Part shown: piece by piece, positions 56,855-64,000 of the stretch
Layout of the letters: the number at the start of each line of letters is the position of its first letter
How positions within the stretch are numbered: the first letter of the stretch is position 1
IMG/VR virus record: IMGVR_UViG_3300028393_001967
Length of the DNA stretch: 64,000 nucleotides
Source: a virus
Strand: one strand, 5' to 3'
The notes under the pieces: model-generated
Seen by the model: only the letters and a program-made list of their open reading frames with translations
Told to the model about the DNA's origin: nothing
The model's database searches: none
Program-made: the position numbers and the translations under genes

Positions 56855-57542
56855 ATTGTTTTACGGCAAGTGGCCTTATAAAATTAGGTGCAACGTTGAA
56901 GGATCGTGGAGAATCAAACGGACCAGTGTTGCGGAAACTTTAAACTTCTGTCACAATAAAAGTAACGGTATTGTAGGGTGGCCTGCCAAGCGTAGACAAG
57001 TTGATAAACCACGCCTGTTAAAATTCACAAGGTCCTTGATTCCATTCTTGGACAAAGAAATACAAATCAGAGCAGAGCAAAGTATTTTTAGTATATATTG
57101 TAAAGATAAAGAACTTTACAATTCTATCATAAAAGAACTGACACCTTATATAGCTGAAGTATATGAACCAGCAAGTGACTTGGAGTTTGATTATATCACT
57201 AACAACGGTGCAAAAAAAGTTATTCGAAATACTTTACCGCATCAGAAATATCGATATAAGGTCTACTTTAAATCAGAATGTAATGCAAATACCAAAGTTC
57301 AATTTGAATCTTGGAGTCATAATTACGGTGACAAAATTAAGATTCCTAGATCAACGGTTAATTGGTTTATACAGGGATGGCAGCAAAATCCATATATCCT
57401 AGTGGAAGATTCGTCCACACTGGCTATGATTGGATTATTCATGGGTCATAACGTACACAAGGTTGAGGAATTTATCCTGCGTTCTAGCATAAATACTTGT
57501 CTAGATCAGGAACAAGTATGTCAGCACTCAGTATCGGCTTAG
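56826..57542 (+). CDS. Hypothetical protein
   Basis: Long ORF. Confidence 0.75.
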   Translation: MTYNKQATSKLFYGKWPYKIRCNVEGSWRIKRTSVAETLNFCHNKSNGIVGWPAKRRQVDKPRLLKFTRSLIPFLDKEIQIRAEQSIFSIYCKDKELYNSIIKELTPYIAEVYEPASDLEFDYITNNGAKKVIRNTLPHQKYRYKVYFKSECNANTKVQFESWSHNYGDKIKIPRSTVNWFIQGWQQNPYILVEDSSTLAMIGLFMGHNVHKVEEFILRSSINTCLDQEQVCQHSVSA

Positions 57543-57919
57543 AATTTCCCATATATAACAGTACCAGTAGCGTAGCTGTTGTATACCCCAATAGTGGTAC
57601 AAATACCCTAGTATTCATTAGCCAAAAAGAAAAAGGTGATGGATACTATGGTTCCAGTGTAGGTTTACACACCGTACAATATACTTGCAATAACACATTT
57701 GTTGGCACGGTCACTATGCAAGCTACTCTTGCCACAGCTCCACAAGATACTGATTGGTTCCCAGTTGATGGCACTAGTTTTAGTATGACTAGTTACCAAG
57801 CAATGGAGCAAAATACCTCTACAGTAAGCGTTTTTAATTTCTACGGCAACTTTGTCTGGGTTAGAAGCCGCGTTGAATTAGACGCCGGTACAGTTCAATC
57901 CGTTCTATATAATCACTAA
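57518..57919 (+). CDS. Hypothetical beta-rich (probable virion) protein
   Basis: CATAAATA upstream; GDGYYG..GLHTV, GNFVWVR. Confidence 0.7.
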   Translation: MSALSIGLEFPIYNSTSSVAVVYPNSGTNTLVFISQKEKGDGYYGSSVGLHTVQYTCNNTFVGTVTMQATLATAPQDTDWFPVDGTSFSMTSYQAMEQNTSTVSVFNFYGNFVWVRSRVELDAGTVQSVLYNH

Positions 57920-58001
57920 TTAACTATTTGGTTAAAGTTGAATAAATACACGATAGGATATCTATCGTAATATATAGTTGCGATTGAAATAAGGAACCAG
58001 T

Positions 58002-58379
58002 ATGTTTTTAAGAGAATTCTTTGGCAAGGGTGTTGACATCAACAAAACGATGGCAAAAAACAAGGACGACAATAATATGAATAATGACCTATTCTGGTTT
58101 ATTATTGACCACGATAAATTGCATAAGGATTTCTTCCACCCAATTGCAACAAAGATTCATAAATCACATAAAAATAAAACTTTGGACAAAGAAGAAATGA
58201 CCAAAGAATTTATGCCAATGGTTGAAAAAGGCTGCAAAGAATTTTATCATCAAAAAAAATTACCTGGACATTTTGAAAATAACTTTGACAAAGAACTAAT
58301 GAAAGAAATGTGTGAACGATTATACGACCACTATCGAGAAGATATCACCAGTGGCAAACATTATAAGATAGGGGCATAA
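58002..58379 (+). CDS. Hypothetical late protein (MFLREF N-terminus)
   Basis: AATAAATA and AAGGA upstream. Confidence 0.75.
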   Translation: MFLREFFGKGVDINKTMAKNKDDNNMNNDLFWFIIDHDKLHKDFFHPIATKIHKSHKNKTLDKEEMTKEFMPMVEKGCKEFYHQKKLPGHFENNFDKELMKEMCERLYDHYREDITSGKHYKIGA

Positions 58380-58380
58380 A

Positions 58381-59355
58381 ATGAGAATAACAGAACTATT
58401 AAGTTACCTCACGGAAGGCGGAAATGTATTTGCAGGTAAGACTACTAGTATCAAACGTGAAGATATTGAGCCCACGCTGGCTGCATACTTTACAGAATTA
58501 AAACATATATTTCCAAAGAAGGCTGGCATATTTAACAGCCAACATTTTATTCCACTAGGGTCAGTAGGTAAGAAAGATGTTAGCGGAGACATTGACTTAG
58601 GTGTTAGTGCTAGTGAGTTACTAGACAAAGAAATGAGTGATGCGAGTATTGCAGCCTGGGGAATCGATCCAGCAGGTGTTGCAGCAGAAGCAGAAGCATT
58701 ACAAAAACGTGCCCGTAGCAGCACACCAGAACAAAGTCGTATGAAAGCGTTCTTAAAATTGTTAACATTGCATATCAACAGTCACGCACCTAGTTTATAT
58801 TGTGATGAAAAGAAAGTTACTGATGGCAACATCTTTGGACTGTTTCCACAAATTGATGCCAAGGGACAACACGTCGGAAGTGGCGTACAAATTGATTGGA
58901 TGATTGGTAATTTAGATTGGTTAAAGTTTAGTTATCATTCCGCAGCATATCCAAAAGAATCAAATATCAAGGGCCTACATAGAACACAATTAATGTTGGC
59001 TGCATTTCAAGTAGCAGGACTATCTTTTAATCACGTTAATGGAGTCAAGGATAAATCCACTGGCGAAATCATTGCACACGATCCAGACAGTGCATTAGCG
59101 GTATTAGGTCAGCGACTAGGATTTAAGATTACCCAAGCAGATGCAGAAGATTATTACAAACTACATAATCTATTTAAAGCCAAAATGAAGCCTGAAGAAT
59201 ACAGCACATTGTTAAACATTTACTTCAAAATCCTAGACAGCACTCGCGCAGACATTCCAGACGATATGCAAGATGAATGGCGCAAACGTAAAGATGCATT
59301 GGGACTAACGGGCAAGTTCCTCCCAGACAATTCAGCATTAAAGGTGAGACAATAA
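58381..59355 (+). CDS. Pol-beta-superfamily nucleotidyltransferase, putative internal head protein
   Basis: LGSVGKKDVSGDIDL and VQIDW; N-terminal MRITELL..LTE-GG. Confidence 0.7.
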   Translation: MRITELLSYLTEGGNVFAGKTTSIKREDIEPTLAAYFTELKHIFPKKAGIFNSQHFIPLGSVGKKDVSGDIDLGVSASELLDKEMSDASIAAWGIDPAGVAAEAEALQKRARSSTPEQSRMKAFLKLLTLHINSHAPSLYCDEKKVTDGNIFGLFPQIDAKGQHVGSGVQIDWMIGNLDWLKFSYHSAAYPKESNIKGLHRTQLMLAAFQVAGLSFNHVNGVKDKSTGEIIAHDPDSALAVLGQRLGFKITQADAEDYYKLHNLFKAKMKPEEYSTLLNIYFKILDSTRADIPDDMQDEWRKRKDALGLTGKFLPDNSALKVRQ

Positions 59356-61862
59356 TGAGCGGCGTAGCAGGAGCAGATAGAGTAAAAAGTCGTCAAGACT
59401 TTAAACAATTCTTGGCATCGTATCAACACCTACTATCAAAGTTTCCAGGCTTTGTTAGTATGACTCCAAGTGGAAGTTATAATAGCAATCCTAACAAACA
59501 AGATTTTGGTGACATTGACCTAGTTGTTCATATTCAAAGCGACAAAGACAAAGCGACCATCAAAAAAGAACTTCAGGCATTTTTTACTAAGATGCCTGAA
59601 ACTGTTATTGTACCTTTTAGCAGTGCCAAACACGCAGGTAAAAGAACATACAATGCAGGTGAATTGGTCAGCGTTCGTTATCACGATGATGCATTAGGGT
59701 ATAGCGCACAGGTTGATAACATTGTCGCATTAGATGCAGCAGAAGCAAGTTTCAAACAAAGTTTTTTAGATATGCCTGCTGAAGAACAGGGATTGATTTT
59801 AGGACTGACCAAGATTGCCACTATTGAAACAGACCCTGCCATATTGTTTCAAAAGTTGGGTATTAAAATTAAAGAGCCTTTGTCGCAAGATCAAGAATAC
59901 GAATTTAATCTAAGTGGAGTTGAATTACAACTGCGCAGGGTAACATATGAACCAGGTACATTCAAACAGGCCAATAGAGAAGTACTGTGGTCAAGTAAAA
60001 ACTTTAATGACGTTCAAAAATTATTATTTCAGTATGATTTAACTGCTGGCTTTGACGATTTACTACAACAATGCAAGCGCAACATTCGTAATCCCCGCAG
60101 CGGTGAACGTATGAAGGGTGTATTTGCCAGTATGATATCTGTTAAGAGTGGCGAAGTAGGAACCGCCAAAGGTGCTGGTAAAGAAGCAGCATTGGCCAAG
60201 ATACAACAGACATTTAAGGAAAATAGATCCATATTTAGAAGCCTAATGGAAAACGGCAACAAGAAAATTGTATTTGCATTTGGACGTTTTCAACCTCCTA
60301 CAATTGGGCACGAATTGTTGATCACTAGTGTCAAGCACATAGCAGAACAACAAGGCGCAGATCATGCAATTTATGTGTCAAAAACACAAGATCACAAGTC
60401 AAATCCCCTGTCAGTTGAACAAAAAATTGCATATTTGCGCAAGATGTTTCCTGGTGTTAATTTCGTAGCCTGTGATGCCACTGTTAGAACTCCCATTGAA
60501 GCTGCTAAGGTTTTGAATGGCAAGTATCAAGAGTTGATCATGGTAGCTGGTTCAGATCGTGTAGCAAATTTTGAAAAATTGTTAAATGATTACAACGGTA
60601 AAGAATATCAGTACGCCATGCTTAGAGTGGTATCAGCAGGCGAGCGTGATCCAGATTCGGACGATGTTAGTGGAATGAGTGGAACCAAAATGAGAGCCGC
60701 AGCGGTAGCAGGTGACTTGCAAACATTTATGCAAGGTTTGCCAGGAACTATAAGCGAGAAAGATGCTATGAATTTAATGGAACTGATCAAACAGGGTTTA
60801 CAAAAACCTGTCAAGGCAAAGAAAGGTGTGGCGGAAGGTCAACAGGATGATCCAGAAGATTATCGAGCACATTTAATAAAGACCCTGCCGGCAATGATGA
60901 ACTATTTTGCCAAGACAGGTAAGGGTTGGAGTCCTAGCAAAGAACAAATGTTAGCCGCAGTTGATACTGCATATGAAGTTATGAAACATACTAGTGATGT
61001 TCAACAAGCAGGCAAAGCATTAATGGACGAACTGAATACTCTACACAGAATGAGTCAAGGTCAGCAAGGTGTGGCGGAAGGCTTATCCAAACGTGACCAA
61101 CAGGATGTGGCTGCTATTCGGGCCACTATAGAAAGATTACAAGCACAACTCAAACAACCCAATGCCGACAAGGCTGCTATACAACAAAGTATTGCCCACG
61201 AGCAGAAGCGACTAGCATTGTATAAGGAAGGTGTGGCGGAGGGCTCCGAAGAAGATAGTTACTCAAACAAGTTTGTTCAAAGTCAGATTGACTATTATAA
61301 GAAACATCTCTTATCAGGAAATACTGGTGACCAGCATCGTATTCGTGGTTCGTTAATGAATTACGAAAGAATTAAAAATCAACGAATCAAAAATAACACT
61401 TGGCAAGAGCAAGGTGTGGCGGAAGGCGAAGCAGACTACGGTGCTGACTATCAAGACAAAGTAAAACGATTGAGTCAGATGGCTAAACAAGGCGAGCGCA
61501 AAACTGTTTGGGATCCTATCAAGCGTGTGTACAAGACTGTTCCTGTCAACCCACCCAAAGAGCAAGGCGTAAATGAAAAGATGATGCCTGCAAGTACCTT
61601 TGCAGGATCTAAGAAAAACAAACTTGGCCCAGCAGGACAATTAAAAGGTTCTATGAAGCGCCCAGCACGAGCAGGTGACTTAGTTGGCGGCAGTGCTGAA
61701 GAAAGTTTTGATGGTGGAAGTTATGCTGCCAAGAAGCCAGGCTACAGCGGAGAAGCAAACTATACTGCGCAGCCTAACTGGCGTGGACAAAATATCGGCG
61801 AAGATGTAGATGTTGCTATGGCCAATGCTATTGCTCGACTAATTGAAAGCCAATTAAAATGA
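59355..61862 (+). CDS. Polyprotein: pol-beta NTase + HxGH-type nucleotidyltransferase + GVAEG-delimited modules
   Basis: SGSY....DFGDIDL, QVDN; FGRFQPPTIGH, GSDR, MSGTKMR; GVAEG x4, GVNE x1. Confidence 0.8.
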   Translation: MSGVAGADRVKSRQDFKQFLASYQHLLSKFPGFVSMTPSGSYNSNPNKQDFGDIDLVVHIQSDKDKATIKKELQAFFTKMPETVIVPFSSAKHAGKRTYNAGELVSVRYHDDALGYSAQVDNIVALDAAEASFKQSFLDMPAEEQGLILGLTKIATIETDPAILFQKLGIKIKEPLSQDQEYEFNLSGVELQLRRVTYEPGTFKQANREVLWSSKNFNDVQKLLFQYDLTAGFDDLLQQCKRNIRNPRSGERMKGVFASMISVKSGEVGTAKGAGKEAALAKIQQTFKENRSIFRSLMENGNKKIVFAFGRFQPPTIGHELLITSVKHIAEQQGADHAIYVSKTQDHKSNPLSVEQKIAYLRKMFPGVNFVACDATVRTPIEAAKVLNGKYQELIMVAGSDRVANFEKLLNDYNGKEYQYAMLRVVSAGERDPDSDDVSGMSGTKMRAAAVAGDLQTFMQGLPGTISEKDAMNLMELIKQGLQKPVKAKKGVAEGQQDDPEDYRAHLIKTLPAMMNYFAKTGKGWSPSKEQMLAAVDTAYEVMKHTSDVQQAGKALMDELNTLHRMSQGQQGVAEGLSKRDQQDVAAIRATIERLQAQLKQPNADKAAIQQSIAHEQKRLALYKEGVAEGSEEDSYSNKFVQSQIDYYKKHLLSGNTGDQHRIRGSLMNYERIKNQRIKNNTWQEQGVAEGEADYGADYQDKVKRLSQMAKQGERKTVWDPIKRVYKTVPVNPPKEQGVNEKMMPASTFAGSKKNKLGPAGQLKGSMKRPARAGDLVGGSAEESFDGGSYAAKKPGYSGEANYTAQPNWRGQNIGEDVDVAMANAIARLIESQLK

Positions 61863-62119
61863 AGCAGTACAGGATCACTACGGCCAACATCACTCCAAAA
61901 AGTGATGACGATTGCTATTTGTCTCCGGAAGATCCCATACAAGAACTTATCGCTGCCGCTGCAATGAATGGATTAGGTGCTAACGAACGACTAGCAGAAT
62001 ATAGGGCAAAACAGAGACAGCCAGTAATAGGCAGCAACAAAGGGCAACTACAACGTGAACAGGGTATTAGGCCTGGCACCGACGAATGGTTTCAACTTTG
62101 GTTTGGTAAGAATAAATAA
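61859..62119 (+). CDS. Hypothetical protein
   Basis: GIRPGTDEWFQLWF; ATGA overlap. Confidence 0.75.
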   Translation: MKQYRITTANITPKSDDDCYLSPEDPIQELIAAAAMNGLGANERLAEYRAKQRQPVIGSNKGQLQREQGIRPGTDEWFQLWFGKNK

Positions 62120-62136
62120 CACAACTAGGAAATATT

Positions 62137-62514
62137 ATGAGATCAAAAGAATTTATTCGCGAATATGCTACTGGAGGAAAAATAAATCCAGAAACTAAAG
62201 CAGTAATTAGCAATACGCACACATTTCCTGATCAAAATATGTATCACGGCAGCGGTTATTTGCATAGTAGAATGCTACTGTCAGTGGCACCAGCGGGTGC
62301 CGGTGATACTCCCGATGCTTATCTTCCCGTGGATAACTTTTCCAGCGGTGATCCAACTGCAAGCCCATATCATCCAATGGAAGAAGAAATGATAGATCGT
62401 GCAGCCAAAAATATTGGAGATAAGAGCAAGAGAACTTGGGGAAATAGAAGAAGTGAAGAACCCAAAGGTACTCACAAAGTTAGCCCAGTGTCAAATTGGA
62501 ATAAAGCAAAATGA
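62137..62514 (+). CDS. Putative internal head protein (MRSKEFIRE leader)
   Basis: Leader resembles T4 capsid-targeting sequence; paralog of next gene. Confidence 0.65.
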   Translation: MRSKEFIREYATGGKINPETKAVISNTHTFPDQNMYHGSGYLHSRMLLSVAPAGAGDTPDAYLPVDNFSSGDPTASPYHPMEEEMIDRAAKNIGDKSKRTWGNRRSEEPKGTHKVSPVSNWNKAK

Positions 62515-62882
62515 GAATACGCGAATTAGTTGAAGGAAGAACTGGCAGCATTCAAGACGATGCTGCCAGTGCACTGCCTGCGACTTATACGATTCCTGAA
62601 CTTCGAAATCAAGATCCATATAAACAATACAGATTTGGTGTTGCTATTGCACAGGCCAAAGGTCGATCAGAACAAACTGAAAAGTTTGAACCCACAAGTC
62701 CCTGGGGTGAGAATTTAATTGTAGTATCATATGAAAACGGTGTTGACAAATTTATCGACGATGCATTGAAATTAGTAGGTTTATCGTCGGGAGATAAGAA
62801 ACTTATTAGCACTACAAAAAGTGAAGAAACTAAAGATGTGGGAACACTAAGCCCTATTTCAAATTGGATGAAAAAGAAATGA
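62511..62882 (+). CDS. Putative internal head protein (MRIRELVE leader)
   Basis: Shares SEE.K.....SP.SNW C-terminus with 62137. Confidence 0.65.
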   Translation: MRIRELVEGRTGSIQDDAASALPATYTIPELRNQDPYKQYRFGVAIAQAKGRSEQTEKFEPTSPWGENLIVVSYENGVDKFIDDALKLVGLSSGDKKLISTTKSEETKDVGTLSPISNWMKKK

Positions 62883-64000
62883 ACAAAGAATTTAAAGCCA
62901 AAAAATTTAAAGACGCAACAGTCTACACATTAGAAAGTGCCACTAGTGGCGGAACTAGTTCAGGTAACATTGCTAGTGTAAGTAGCCCAATGGGCGGTGT
63001 ACGCAAGCGTGGTGATAATCTTATTGCACAAGAAGCAAATAAAGACACTGTTCCCTCAACTACTCCTAGAAACTTTGTTGCTAAAAATGCCAAGATGGGT
63101 GGTGCTGGTGCGCACAAGGATAAAAAGAAGGCCGAAAAGCAAGGTGATGTCAAACACAAGAATAAACAGTTTGAATTGGCAGAAGCAGGCTATGGCCGCA
63201 ATCGCGATTATAGTCACGGATTTGGTAGTCCCACTGCTCCTAAACTAGGTGGTCGGGAATATTATGGTCAGGGTGCAGCGGACGATGAAAGCAATATGTT
63301 GTATATCTATGTAGACGGTAGACTAAAGCAAAAGATGGTTTCCAATCAAAACGAAAGACAGGCCCGTGCACAGGGTTTCAGAGATAGTCAAGACGAAGCA
63401 CTAAAATTACACGGCATTATCCGCAGCAAGTTTGATCCTAAAAAGTTTGTACAGAATCAAGGCGGCAAATGGGTACAAGTATTTCCCTACGGTGAAGAGC
63501 AAGGTGTGGCGGAGGGCTATGATACTGTTACAGGTGTTGTTGGATCTAGTGACTGGGACATGAAAGGTTGGAAAATTAAGTGGGGTGAGACTGATCGATC
63601 TAGTGGTGACTACGAAAAAATGTATCAAGGGATCGTTAATAAAGATGGTATACATTCCGAAATGAGTCGTTCGGGGTTTCATTTTGTTGTTTTTACTCCT
63701 ATTAACACAGGTAATACAAAAGTTGAAAATAAAAGGCAGGATATTGAGGTAGGTCTGGACCACAGGGTTGAAGTCTTTGATCCTAATAAAAACGACTGGG
63801 TAATGTTAAGTATTCAGGCAAAACCAGCCGACACTTCAAAAGACTATGGGTCGTCAAGGCCGAACAAATCTGGGTGGCAAAAGCCTAGCAAATATGGGTG
63901 GACAGACTATAATCCTGAAGAAAGTGTGGCGGAAGGTGAATACAATCCTGATACTTTCGTAGGCAAAAAAGGAACATACAAAGGATATGGCATAACACAG
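62879..64000 (+). CDS. Modular GVAEG-containing protein, 3'-truncated (not in ORF track)
   Basis: Hand translation MNKEFKAKK... open for 374 codons to window end; QGVAEG and SVAEG. Confidence 0.85.
   Translation, partial: MNKEFKAKKFKDATVYTLESATSGGTSSGNIASVSSPMGGVRKRGDNLIAQEANKDTVPSTTPRNFVAKNAKMGGAGAHKDKKKAEKQGDVKHKNKQFELAEAGYGRNRDYSHGFGSPTAPKLGGREYYGQGAADDESNMLYIYVDGRLKQKMVSNQNERQARAQGFRDSQDEALKLHGIIRSKFDPKKFVQNQGGKWVQVFPYGEEQGVAEGYDTVTGVVGSSDWDMKGWKIKWGETDRSSGDYEKMYQGIVNKDGIHSEMSRSGFHFVVFTPINTGNTKVENKRQDIEVGLDHRVEVFDPNKNDWVMLSIQAKPADTSKDYGSSRPNKSGWQKPSKYGWTDYNPEESVAEGEYNPDTFVGKKGTYKGYGITQ

Larger units (their letters stand above)
60825..63936 (+). repeat. Dispersed in-frame 14-nt repeat GGTGTGGCGGARGG
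   Basis: Copies at 60825, 61068, 61230, 61413, 63503, 63923 (AGT variant); degenerate at 61566. Confidence 0.95.

Noticed and set aside
60825-63936. GGTGTGGCGGARGG as CRISPR repeat or Chi site
   Set aside because: Repeat too short, spacers 150-420 nt and in-frame coding, no cas genes; not GCTGGTGG.
1-64000. Genome-wide UGA=Trp recoding (suggested by an RF1-like gene)
   Set aside because: Trp is TGG in all other genes inspected, and TGA is a normal stop in many ATGA overlaps, including lysis genes. No other interrupted gene was found in this window.
1-64000. tRNA genes, introns, inteins, integrase or IS elements
   Set aside because: No cloverleaf with GTTCRA T-loop in the intergenic gaps and no diagnostic motifs seen by eye; a tool scan could still find degenerate cases.

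Overview
64 kb of a large tailed dsDNA phage genome (T4-like/jumbo type, likely aquatic). The host is probably a Gram-negative proteobacterium, judged from spanin-like lipoproteins, ClpA and sigma70 consensus promoters. Almost all genes lie on the + strand. 1-33 kb is an early/accessory region driven by TTGACA-N17-TATAAT promoters. It holds NAMPT, AAA ATPases, an RNA-repair set (PNK-like kinase, Cys phosphatase, two RNA ligases, metallophosphoesterase), a truncated RF1-like release factor, folE, queD, ClpP, UvsE, a DfrB-like protein and a sugar/glycosyl/methyl-transferase island. 33-64 kb is mostly late, with (N)ATAAATA promoters. It holds SOD, a sedolisin-Ig giant protein, a collagen-like fibre, a DnaE fragment, GroES, clamp loader, PhoH, a lysis cassette, DnaJ/PDF/ClpA and putative internal head proteins. 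Top observations: (1) the release-factor gene is interrupted by one in-frame UGA at the position of the conserved Trp and sits directly ahead of an RNA ligase and a phosphoesterase, suggesting a readthrough-gated ribosome rescue/repair module; (2) head polyproteins are built from unrelated in-frame cassettes bounded by a nucleotide-conserved GGTGTGGCGGARGG (GVAEG) repeat; (3) a preQ1-I-like pseudoknot precedes queD; (4) tandem perfect DnaA boxes lie in a palindrome-rich intergenic region. All calls come from motif recognition by eye; no database search was run. No tRNA, CRISPR or integrase was seen.
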